Source of the DNA: Mustelus asterias
Lineage: Eukaryota
Assembly (NCBI RefSeq): GCF_964213995.1
Contig: NC_135808.1
Coordinates: forward strand, 90,334,001-90,398,000
Length of the DNA: 64,000 nt
Direction: 5' to 3'
Both the position numbers and the translations under genes were made by a program. The notes under the pieces were generated by a model that was given only the letters and a program-made list of their open reading frames with translations, made no database searches and was not told where the DNA came from. Numbering within the stretch: the stretch's first letter is position 1; the number at the start of each line of letters is the position of its first letter. Below, piece after piece: positions 51,200 to 62,906 of the stretch.

Positions 51200-51500
51200 T
51201 TGTGGCACAGTGGCCACCATGGCCTCACAGCACCAGGGACGTGGGTTTGATTCCCGGCTTTGGGTCACTATCTGTGTGCAGTTTGCATGTTCTCCCCGTG
51301 TCTGCGTGGGTTTCCTCCGGGTGCTCCGGTTTCCTCCTGAGAGACATGCTGGTTAGGTGCATTGGCCGTGCTAAATTCTCCGTCAGTGTACCCGGACAGG
51401 CGCCGGAGTGTGGCGACACAGGGGATTTTCACAGTAACTTCATTGCAGTGTTAATGTAAGCCTACTTGTGACTAGTAAATAAACTTTAACTTCACTTTTA
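51200..51500 (+). mobile_element. V-domain SINE, alternative tail
   Basis: Family consensus match; partial copy also at ~51866-52085. Confidence 0.85.
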
Positions 51501-51638
51501 CAGGCAAATTGTTGGAAGTGACCTTTGTTTGTCTATTGAAACCTTCATGTGGAGATGCCGGCGTTGGACTGGGGTGAACACAGTAAGAGTTTTAACAACA
51601 CCAGGTTAAAGTCCAACAGGTTTATTTGGTAGCAAACA

Positions 51639-51673
51639 CCATTAGCTTTCGGAGCACTGCTCCTTCGTCAGAT
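51639..51673 (-). ncRNA. Minimal hammerhead motif, inverted partner (stem I truncated)
   Basis: AU-CUGACGA-A-GGAGC(AGU)GCUCC-GAA-AGCU-A-AUGG on minus strand. Confidence 0.65.
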
Positions 51674-51708
51674 ATTTCGATATTTCCACTCCATCTGACA
51701 TTTCCACT

Positions 51709-51745
51709 CCATCTGACGAAGGAGCAGCGCTCCGAAAGCTAATGG
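51709..51745 (+). ncRNA. Minimal type I hammerhead ribozyme
   Basis: CCAU-CUGACGA-A-GGAGC(AGC)GCUCC-GAA-AGCU-A-AUGG. Confidence 0.8.
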
Positions 51746-52799
51746 TGTTTGCTACCAAATAAACCTGTTGGACTTTAACCTGGTGTTGTTAAAACTCTTA
51801 CTGTATTGAAACCTTGCCAGCTGTGGTTCACTTCACTGAACATTCACCTCTTGAGGTTTCCTCATGTTTCCTCCGGGTGCTCCGATTGCCTTCCACAGTC
51901 CAAAGATGTGCGGGTTAGGTTGATTGGCCATGCTAAATTGCCCCTTAGCATCCCGGGATGCGTAGGTTAAAGGGACTAGCGGGTAAATATGAGGTTATGG
52001 GGATAGGGACTGGGTGGAATTGTTGTCGGTGCAGACCCGATGGGCCGAATGGCCTCCTTCTGCGCTGTAGGGTTTCTATGATTTTAGAAGGTAATGGGTT
52101 GAAGTCCCAATCCAGGGCTTGAGTACCGAAGTATAGACTGGTTCTCCAGTTCAGTAGCCTGGCAAGTGAGTGCTGCACTGTCACAGGTAACATCGTTCAG
52201 GCCAGTTGTTAAACCAAAGGCCTGTTTTCTCTCAGGTGAATGTAAAAGATCCCATTTCAAAGAGGTACTGGGGAATGAAGCCCTAGTGTCCTGGGCTTAT
52301 TAACATGTATCCCTTAATCAACATCACACAAAAAACATTATCAGGTAATTCTCCCATCCTTGTTTGCAAGGTTTGCTGTGTCCAAATTGTTGCACTTCCC
52401 ACATTACAACTGTGACTATCCCTCATAGATTCTACATTATAAAGCACTTTGGGATTCCTGAGGTCATGCAAAACACTACGTAAAAAATGCAAATATCTTT
52501 CACCTTGAAGCAAAAGGATCATTAGGAAACTTCAGCAACATTTTAGGAAAACAGGGTTGTGCCTCACCAATCTGATTGAATTTGTGAAGAAATTTTCTAA
52601 TTTGGTGGATCTTGTTGCCAAGTTGGCATATTTGTATCTTGATACAAGGTGCTGCACACAAAGTGATTCAGACTGAGCACTTGTGGTTCTATCGAGCAGG
52701 TTTTGGGGTGAATATAGAAATCAGTTGCATACTTCTGTTGCTCCTCCGATACGGGCTCAATTGAAGTTGCAGTCACAGATTCTCAAATTATCGTACAAC

Positions 52800-53155
52800 T
52801 GTGGCATAGTGGTTAGCACAGTTGCCTCACAGTGCCAGGGACCTGAGTTCAATTCCAGCTTTGGCTGACTGTCTATGTGGAGTTTGCACTTTCTCCCCGT
52901 GTCTGTGTGGGTTTCTTCCGGGTGCTCTGGTTTCTTTCCACTGTCCAAAGATGTGCAGGTTAGGCGAATTGCCATGCTATGTTGCCCTTTAGTGTCCTAA
53001 GATGTGTAGGTTAGAGAGGATTAGTGGGGTAAGTATGTGGGGTTAAGGGGATATGGCAAGGCTAAGGTGCTCTGTCGCAGAGTAGGTGCAGACCCGATGG
53101 GCAGAATGGCCTCCTTCTCCTCTGCACTGTAGGGATTCTATGAGGGATTCTATGC
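52800..53155 (+). mobile_element. V-domain SINE, CR1-type tail
   Basis: Family consensus match. Confidence 0.85.
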
Positions 53156-53598
53156 ATGCATTACTCGAGTTAACATTTGCTCTACACAGATAACACAAAG
53201 CAATACCAAATATTGGTTTCATATAAATTACCCCAAATTGACCTCATTAGTTGAGAATATATTTAAAAATATTTAATATTTATATTCACATTTAATATTT
53301 ATAGAATATATTTAAAAAACAACAACAAATTTTTTTATACACTTGAAAAACCATACAGACTATCTTTCCATTACCCTCCATCCGACAAAAAATTAAAAAT
53401 GTATTTATTCCCTAAAACTTTAGGTAACTTCCCCTTTTATATGAGTTGCTATTCTATACACTCAATTTATTCAATCTCAATTAAATATCACGAGCAATTA
53501 TATCCAGACATGGTAGTTTTAAAGGAAGAATCAAATTATCAGAAGCAGTAATGCCCACAAGTGGTATGGAAGTTAAGTGTAACTAATGACAAATACTT

Positions 53599-53729
53599 TA
53601 GGATGGGATTTTACGGCCTTGCTCGTCCCAAAACCGTAAAATCCCGCCCGAGGTCAATGGACCTTCCCATAGTCCGCCCCTCGCCCACTCCGATTCCCGT
53701 GGTAGGCGGGGTGGTAAAATTCCAGCCTA
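53599..53729. mobile_element. ~130-bp MITE-like element (same family)
   Basis: TAGGATGGGATTTTAC...GTAAAATTCCAGCCTA; core ATCCCGCCCGAGG shared with the 44714 copy and, with mismatches, the ~46000-46123 copy. Confidence 0.7.
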
Positions 53730-55180
53730 TAACTCAAAAGGTAACAGATAAGTCTGAATGAATTACCTTTTCCCCTGAAAGGTCCCAATTTTCACTGTGT
53801 TGTAATCAGCAAGCTTGAAGTTGCTTGTTGTCTGTGATTCATGGTCTACCTTTCAAAAAAAACACAAAAATACACTCGGCTTGGAGCCAAATGAATTAAT
53901 TTGGTCTGGATGTATCTTGTCAATTTCTCAATCAGCAAATTAGATACGTGATGAATTGAACAGAAAACAGTGAAATCTTTGCCAGTTGGAAAAACAGAAC
54001 AAAAGTTTTCAAATGTAATGACATCATCACTTGCCCTTAAAAATAACTATGGAATAAAGGAGGGAGCACATGCTCTTCTTCACTAAAGAGCACTGTCCTC
54101 AAATTCCAAGCTTAAGATCATCTTTTTATTTTCACCATTTGAACTAAGAACTAACCAAGCTCAAACTAGTTATTTCCAAATTATATACTTTTATTTTTTT
54201 AATTTCTATTTACTTTCTGAGAAGTTATGTACATATATATCTTGAGCAATGATTGTGGCCCAGCAACCATGCCCAAATTAAGGAATTTCAAACATTTGCC
54301 TTGTTTCAAATTACACCTTAAAACCAGCTCACAACTCCCATTTGATCTTAAAACATTAATGCTGGCAACACAACAAAGGAAAATCCACACAAATTAGACA
54401 CTCACTCACTTATGGAAGTTTCCCAACACATCACCTCCACAACTTTAAACTTTGCTTTCATTCAATCTCAACAGTTTAAAATTGAAATAAAAATAGAACA
54501 TTCAAAGAAAACAAAGGCAATAGATTAAGACAGTGTCTTCATTCTTCTTTCTTCAAAAATTGCAATTAAAACTCAAAGAAAAAGATAAACTCTCAACATC
54601 GCAAGTTTAATAATCAACTGTCACAGATAGCCTTTAAAGTGGAACCAAAGTGTCAAACATTGCATTTCATTGCCTAGAATCTTTATCTCCCGCCAGAGTA
54701 AAACAATTGCTTTAACAACTCTTCTTTCATTTTATCACAACTTATCCTACTCTTCACTTAACCCAATTCAAAATACAACTACATACATTGGACAAGCATT
54801 TTTAAAACAGCCATCAGGACCAGACCACAGAGGGTTAACTAATACAATTCAATGACACAGACATTAGACACAAACCCACAGACAAGAAAAGTCACACAGA
54901 CTCTGCAACACACAGACAACAATTTACTCAACACATGTTTTGCTTTCCTCGAATTCGACATTATGTTTTAAATGTGCACTTAGAATGCAGTAATTCAAAT
55001 CTTTTCCATATTGTTAGTTAACTTTTCCAAACTCATCTACCATTCCTCCCCAATCTATATCTCCATCCATCGGTTTGTCACTATCTCCATCCATCCCTCG
55101 ATCCCCAAAGGTGCACATCATACCCCTTTGGACTGAGAATAGAGACTTTAACTTGTCTATCTCCCTCTGACACATATCTG

Positions 55181-55401
55181 TGATGCTCCATTGATTCACG
55201 CAAAGACTAGAGGTTGCGGAACAACAGGCTTTTATTAACAAGAACAGAAGCACTCCCAAACCGATGGCCAACTCGAACTGAGGCAAAGGGGCGGAGAGCA
55301 GCCACCTTTATACCCCGAGGAGGGCGGAGCCCCGGACCAAGGCAGCAGGGGCGTGCCCAGGCACATCCCACACACAGACAGTGTTACAGTGGTTTACCAC
55401 A
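55181..55401 (-). repeat. Gypsy 3' LTR
   Basis: Direct repeat of 59353-59572, preceded by the PPT. Confidence 0.93.
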
Positions 55402-55474
55402 TTCACCCCCTGTTTAAAAAGCGTTCGGCGGGGGCGAGGTGGTGGAAACGACAGTCACAAGTTATTGATTCAAA

Positions 55475-58400
55475 TTACAAGTTCAGTCTCTCCGGGGGCT
55501 TGAACTGCCACTGCGACCGCCGCAGTGTCAGCCGTGGCGCCGGTTCAGGAGGCCACGGCGATGAGTCAGACGCATCGCTCTCCGTAGTGCCTTCAGACTG
55601 CCGGGTGTGTGGATGCTGCTCCTGGGGCTCAGGCGTGCCGTACACGGGGGTCAGATGCGCGTGCTGCGACACTGGTGCATCATGGACAACGTTTGGAGCT
55701 GGGGGTGAGGGGCAATGGGACATATTACCTGCAGGGGCCAGATCGCGAATGGAAACCGTGTCCTCCCGCCCGTCGTGATACGCCACATAGGCGTATTGGG
55801 GGTTGGCGTGGAGGAGCCGGACCGTTTCGACCAGGGGTCTGATTTATGGGTCCGCACGTGCTTCCGGAGCAGGACAGGGCCAGGAGACGTCAGCCACGAC
55901 GGTAGTGAGGTCCCCGAGGAGGACTTTCTGGGGAAAACAACCATTCGTTCATGAGGGGTGGAGTTGGTAGCCGTGCACAGTAGTGACCTAATTGAGTGTA
56001 GCGCATCAGGGAGGACCTCTTGCCAGCGGGAGACTGGAAGACCCTTAGACCGGAGAGCTAATAAAACGGACTTCCAGACTGTCGCATTCTCCCTCTCCAC
56101 CTGTCCGTTCCCCCTGGGGTTGTAGCTGGTGGTCCTACTCGAGGCTATGCCTTTGGAGAGTAGGTACTGGCGCAGCTCGTCACTCATAAAAGAGGAACCC
56201 CGGTCGCTATGAATATAGCTGGGGAAACCAAACAGGGTGAAGAGGCTGTGCAGGGCCCTGATGACCATGGCCGAGGTCATATCCAGGCAGGGGATAGCAA
56301 AGGGGAACCCCGAATATTCATCAACGACGTTGAGGAAGTAGACGTTGCGGTTAGAGGAGGGGAGGGGGCCTTTGAAGTCAACGCTCAGGCATTCGAAAGG
56401 GCGGGTGGCTTTGATGAGGTGCACTCTGTCCGGCCGGTAGAAGTGCGGCTTGCACTCTGCGCAGACTTGGCAGTGCCTGGTTACAGACCTGACTTCCTCG
56501 ATGGAATAGGGCAGGTTCCGGGCCTTGGTGAAATGGAAGAACCTGGTAACCCCCGGGTGGCAGAGGTCATCGTGGAGAGTCTGTAACCGGTCTAGGTTCG
56601 CGCTGGCACAGGTCCCCCGGGACAGGGCGTCTGGGGGCTCATTGAGCTTCCCAGACCGGTGTAAAATGTTGTAATTGTAGGTGGAGAGCTCGATCCTCCA
56701 CCTCAAAATCTTGTCGTTCTTGATTTTTCCCCGCTGCGCGTTACTGAACATAAAGGCAACGGACTGTTGGTCCGTGAGCAGGGTGAACCGTTCGCCAGCT
56801 AAGTAGTGGCGCCAGTGTCGCACAGCCTCCACGATGGCTTGTGCCTCTTTTTCGACAGAGGAGTGTCGAATTTCAGGGCCCTGGAGGGGGCGCGAGAAGA
56901 AGGCCACGGGTCTGCCCGCCTGGTTAAGAGTGGCGGCTAGGGCAAAATCAGACGCATCGCTCTCCACCTGGAATGGGGTGGATTCGTCTGCAGCGTGCAT
57001 CGTGGCCTTCGCGATATCCGCTTTGATGCGGTCAAAGGCCAGCCGGGCCTCCGCCGCTAGGGGAAAAGATGTGGATTTGATGAGCGGACGGGCTTTGTCC
57101 GCATAATTGGGGACCCACTGGGTGTAGTATGAGAAGAAGCCTAAGCATCTCCTCAGTGCTTTGAGGGTGGTGGGGAGGGGAAGTTCCAGGAGGGGACGCA
57201 TGCGGTCGGGGTCGGGGCCGATGACCCCATTCTCCACAACACAACCAAGGATGGCGAGGCGGCGCGTGCGGAATACACACTTCTCCTTATTGTAGGTCAG
57301 GTTAAGGAGTGCCGCAGTGTGGAGGAATTTTTGGAGGTTGGCGTCGTCGTCCTGCTGATCGTGGCCGCAGATGGTGACGTTATCCAGGTTACGGGAAGGT
57401 GGCCCGCAGCCCGTTCTGGTCCACCATTCGGTCCATCTCACGCTGGAAAACCGAGACCTCATTGGTGACGCCGAAGGGGACCCGAAGGAAGTGGTAGAGA
57501 TGGCCATCCGCCTCGAAGGCAGTGTATTGGCGGTCTTCCGGGCGGATAGGGAGCTGGTGGTATGCAGACTTCAAATCAATGGTGGAGAACACCTGATATT
57601 GCGCAATCTGATTGACTATGTCAGAGATGCGGGGAAGGGGATACACGTCCAACTGCGTGTATCGGTTGATGGTCTGACTGTAGTCAATGACCATGCGAAG
57701 TTTCTCCCCAGTCTTGACAACCACCACTTGGGCTCTCCAGGGGCTGGTACTGGCCTCAATGACCCCCTCCCCCAGGAGGCGTCGCACCTCGGACTTGATG
57801 AACGCTCTATCTCCAGCGCTGTACCGTCTGCTTTTGGTGGCAATGGGCTTGCAGTCGGGGGTGAGGTGTTCAAAGAGCGAGGGAGGGGCGACTTTGAGGG
57901 TCGAGAGACCACAGGTGGTGGGCGGTGGCTGGTCTGTTAGCTGTGGATTTTGGACGGAGATTGGGGGAAAAGGCCCATTATACACCATAGTGATGCTCCC
58001 GAGGTAGCACATGAAATCTAGCCCCAGTAGTACGGCCCGCGAGGAGCCTGCACTTGTTGTACACCGTGCCCCGTACAGTCAGATTTGCTACACAGTACCC
58101 GAGGACATTCACTGACCGGGACCTCGAAGCCATGGCGATTGATTGCTGCATTGGCAGTACTGGCAGTGCGTAGCGCCTCACCGTGTTAGGGTGGATGAAA
58201 CTCTCCGTACTCCCACTACCAAATAAGCAGTTAGTAGTGTGGCCGTTTACCTTGATGTCCATCATCGACCAGGCGAGCTGGTGAGGCCTGGACTGGTCCA
58301 ACGCGACCGAGGCCACTGTCGGATTAAGAGATGCGGTGGACGGTTCCCAAAATGGCGGCACCCGTGAGTCGGCTAACGTCACCCAAGATGGCGGCTCCCG

Positions 58401-59329
58401 TGGGTCGCACATGGCTGATGGCGTCCAAGATGGCGGCCTCCGTGGGTCGCACGCGGCCGCTGGTGTCCAAAATGGTGGCATCTGCGGACCGCACGCGGCC
58501 GATGGCATCAGCGACAGTCCCTCCCGCGGATCGCACGTGGCGCTGCTGGGCCTGGGGGCTGATTTTGCCCTGCAAACCTTCAGGTAGTGACCCTTCTTAC
58601 CGCAGCCAGAGCAGATCGCATCTTTCGCCAGGCAGCGTCGGCGTGGGTGCTTCTCCAGGCCACAGAAGTAGCTTCTCAGGCCTCCGCAGTGGTCAGTTTG
58701 GCTTCGGGACGGGGCGTGGCGTAGGTTTGCGGCCCTCCCGGGTACAGCGATGGCTGCGGTCGCGGTGTCCACGGTGCGCCCTCGTGGTCGGGGGTGTAGG
58801 CCTCGAGGTTCCGGAACACTACCTCCAGCGAGCTGGCAAGTTCCACAGTTTTCTTAAGGTCCAGCCCACCTTGTTCCAGCAGGCGCTGCTGGATATAAGT
58901 CGACCTGATGCCAGCGACAAAGGCATCTCTGATCAGGTCATCGGCGTTTTGGGCGGCTGAAACGGCCTTGCAGTTGCAGGCTCTGCCGAGTGCACGCAGT
59001 TCGCACAGGAATTGTTCAGTCGATTCCCCGGGCTGCTGTCTGTGGGTGACCAGCAGGTGTCTGGCGTAGACTTCGTTCAGTTGCCGGTTGTATTGGCTCT
59101 TGAGGAGATCGATTGCCTCCTGGTAAGTTTCCACGTCTCGGATCAGCGCGAAGACGTGAGCGCTGACGCGGGTGTGGAGAACGTGCAGTTTGTCGATGTC
59201 TGTTACGACGACGGAGGAGGAGGAGGCGATGATGGTATCAAAGCAGCGCAGCCAGTGATCAAAAGAATTAGAGGCACCAATTGCCTGCGGATCCAGATCC
59301 AATTTGTCAAGTTTCAGGAGTTGCTCCAT
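55475..59329 (-). pseudogene. Frameshifted Gypsy gag-pol
   Basis: ORF pieces 58676..59395 (gag), 57978..58772 (CSGCGKKGHYLKVC knuckle; PR motif LFGSGS), 57389..58012 (RT SPWRAQV), 55651..57507 (RT/RH DAS, IN HHCC, VDFKG, HSDRG, VER). Confidence 0.9.
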
Positions 59330-59352
59330 TTCAAAAATTTTGTTAATAAAAT

Positions 59353-59572
59353 TGATGCTCATTGATTCACGCAAAGACTCGTTGTTGCGAAACAACAGGC
59401 TTTTATTAACAAGAACAGAAGCACTCCCAAACCGATGGCCAACTCAAACTGAGGCAAAGGGACGGAGAGCAGCCAACTTTATACCCCGAGGAGGGCGGAG
59501 CCCCGGATTGAGGCAGCAGGGGCGTGCCCAGGCATATCCCATATACAGACAGTATTACAGTGGTTTACCACA
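59353..59572 (-). repeat. Gypsy 5' LTR
   Basis: TGTGG...CATCA on minus strand, with TATAAA and AATAAA; about 14 substitutions and 1 indel versus the other LTR. Confidence 0.93.
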
Positions 59573-62296
59573 ATCTGGTCAGTCGATCTCTGGTACTCCC
59601 GAAGCACCAATTCCCACACTGACTTGTACACTCACACACAGGCATCAAGACTCATGATTTTGATTTTTTTCCCTGGGGATAATCCCTGGCTATCCCAATA
59701 TTATTTGCTTAATCTCAACACGTCTCACATCTTTTACCCCCCTTTTAACACAAAGGGGTCCTTCAAGAAGCTTTTTGTCACTGGCCACCTTCCACACGAT
59801 GGTTCAAATAACCTTTCCCTACTCCTAGACCTCGTCAATGACATGAGAAGTGACTGGGTGTGGGGTCAGGAAGCTCTGTTCCATGGTGGGTTGCACTGAG
59901 GAGGTAGGTAGTCTCCTCACCAAACCTCATTATCAAACCTTCACAGACAGTCTTCCCTCACTAAATTCCCATCCGGTTCCTCCAAGTCATTCAAAGCAGA
60001 TGCGCTGAGCACCCCTCAAGGCTGACTATAGAGTTTATCCTTATCCACTGACCAGTCTACTTCTATGGGTCCTGGACCTCTGCTTAGGCATTACCAGAGT
60101 AACAAACTCACGTCCATAACTTTAAGGTTCGGCACAGTCTAAATTTTACACTTAGTCAACCTTGTTGAATAGCGAGTCCACCCAGGGACACCAAATATCA
60201 CTGGTGTCAACTGACATTATGGACAAAGGCACTCAAATTTTCAAATTATCATACAACAATCTCCTTGATTTTAACTTACAAAATTATCACAAAAATATCA
60301 AAACTCCACTACAAAGGTATCAAAACTTTGTTACACACAAAGTATTCAACCTCTGATCTACTTTGTTATACACAAAATATCTAACCTCTGACCTCCTTCA
60401 TTATGCACAAAATATTCACAAGGTACCAGAAGCTTCACAAAAGTATCCAAGCTCATGACTTGATCATAGATACTACCCATGGTGAGATGATCAGACTCTC
60501 CCCTGGTGGGTTTTGTTCCAGTGTCTTTGAGTCAGAGAATCGGGGTCTTGTTGCTTCTTCTGTGGTAGTTGATCCCAGGTTACCGCTGCCGATGTTTCTT
60601 TACTTCTTTTATACAGATTCTGGTGGCAGTAATGTGTCTTCAGTCACGTAGTCACAGGACAGTCACTAATAAATCCCTGTCTTTTGATCGCGAATGCTCA
60701 GGGAGTCATGTCTCTCTCAGGGGGTTGTATTTCTCTCAGGAGCATGACATACAGGAGTCTGTTCAATCACCTGTCTCTTCAAGGCATAGCAACAGCCACT
60801 GTCCAATCAACTCTTGTGCCCGTACTTCACGGCACATCCTGTTCTTTGCTGATACAGAGTTAGCCATTTTTAACATTAGGTTTTACTGGTGTCTTTATGG
60901 ATACCTATTAGGCTACATTTATTTCTGAGGAGTCATATTGAACTCATAACGTTAACTCTGTTTCTCTCTCCACAGATGCTGCTGGACCTGCCAATTTTCC
61001 AGCATTTTCTGTTTGTATTTCAGGAAAGATATTTGTCTATAACTAAATTCTGTGTGTGGCATGGTTCATTAGTGGAGTCTGGCAGGAATTTGTATGTGGA
61101 TTATTGCTTTTCACTATTGTTTTCAATAATCTCAAAAAAAATGCTAGCAGAGCAAGAAGGTAGCTAGGATATGGGTAATAAATGCCAGCAATACCCACAA
61201 CTCAATTAATCAATGTTATAAAGCAGACTTTCATGCTGTAGTCCTCTGTAGTATTCTATCTGAAAGCTCGTTACAGTGTCTCTCCTGTTATCCCAATTTA
61301 CATTATTGAGTTACAGAAATTTCAGCAGAGGAGGCCATTTACCTGCATCAATCCTAGTTTCCTATTGGAGATGATGACATTAATCCTCTTTCCTCGTTCT
61401 GCCGGCATTCTCTGATATTTTTGTTGTTGAAACAATTCCCTTTTAAGTACTATAACAACCAAATGAAGTAATACATTCCATATTCCAATAACCATTTGAA
61501 GGAAACAAAAACATGGTAAGCTCCCGTGTAGGCTTTTAGTACTAATCCCAATGCTTCAATTGTTATTGATTCATTCACCCAGTGGAAATAGTCATTCATT
61601 TTTGAACCCATTCAAACATTACCATTTGGCATTCTCTTAGCTTTCTGCGCCCACAATTGTGGCTTAATGTTTTCCACAGATTCATCAACACTCCATGTTT
61701 TTCTATTCAACCCACTTTATATGAAGCTCAGAATCAAATATGCCTTTTCCACTAATCCACATTCTTGCGCTCTATCGGCCAAGGTCTCTCCCTTCCTCTA
61801 CTGTGTTGTCCACAGATGGAACCTGGTCTGGGCATCTCATTACCAGGCTAATGTGTCACATTGTGATTCTAGTTTAATTTGTTAAAATTAACACTTTGAT
61901 TTTTTTTTTAAATTTGGGGGGTTGAAATGCAAGGGAAACTATTCTAGGAGTAACTGTTTTTAATCAATATTACGCTGTGTTTTTAATTAGTTTACATGTT
62001 CTCTAGAATCATTTGGAATATTTTACTCCTAAAACCGAGGCTCGCAGAACTCAAGCCTTCGTGTTCAATAATCGTCTTTGATTCTTAATGAATTCTCTGA
62101 TAATGGGATTAGAGTCATCAGTGTGGGATAATAATGACAGCTGGTGTGTGCTTTCTATTTGACGAAGTTTGGCTTGGAGATCAGCGGTAGCGGGTAAAGC
62201 GCAATGAAGGGACATTCGAGCTGAGCCCCTGTTTGCGAGCAGCCACACGACTGCTGCTATCTACATGGGACTAGCGGTCTCTTAAAGCCGGGCACG

Positions 62297-62437
62297 ATGG
62301 CGGTAGCATTTGCTGCAGTCTCCATTCAGATCAAGGGTGTCTTCAAAAAGAACGGTTTGCTCATTCTCTCGGTCTTGTCGGTCATTATCGGGTGCTCACT
62401 GGGATTCTTTCTTAGGACCAGGCATCTCTCCGAACAG
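62297..62437 (+). CDS. SLC1A7: Excitatory amino acid transporter 5, exon 1 (gene continues beyond window)
   Basis: MAVAFAAV...KNGLLILSVLSVIIGCSLGFFLRTRHLSEQ; donor gtaagt; synteny with CPT2. Confidence 0.92.
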
Positions 62438-62906
62438 GTAAGTAATTCCAAAAGTGCTCAACATCAGCTCACTGACGGGAATCTAATTAATCATCTATGC
62501 AAGTGACAATTGGTAATGGAGCAATTTTTTAAAAAAGCAGTGCATTCACAATTCCGTAATGACAAATGTACTAAGATTACTTTTTGGTCAAAAAGTGCCA
62601 TTTATTTACGTATAATACATTATATACAGGAATACATATATATATATAAAACATTAATATAAAAAAGCCGATTATTTGGGAATTTCTTGCACTGTTCTAA
62701 GTTTCTTTACTCTCTTAGTTTTCAGAAGTAATTGCATTTTCTCCTATATCCCAGCTAGACATACAATGGCATTTCTAAATGCGACCAAAGTCTGTTGACA
62801 TTTTATTTTCAAGTTATATTTCTGTAAAAACAAGTTCATCTTCAGTCTATTTAATTGTCAGTTTTTAATGGGTCCACCTGGCTCATTGTATTCTTTACTT
62901 TTTAAG

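Larger units (their letters stand above)
51546..51803. mobile_element. Palindromic Penelope mini-element (inverted pLTR pair)
   Basis: ~94-bp arms 51580-51673 / 51711-51804; TSD TATTGAAACCTT at 51534-51545 and 51804-51815. Confidence 0.88.
55181..59572 (-). mobile_element. Full-length degenerate Gypsy/Ty3 LTR retrotransposon (4392 bp)
   Basis: LTRs 59353-59572 and 55181-55401 (TG...CA); TSD ATCTG at 55176-55180 and 59573-59577; PPT AAACAGGGGGTGAA; gag(CCHC)-PR-RT-RH-IN order. Confidence 0.96.
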
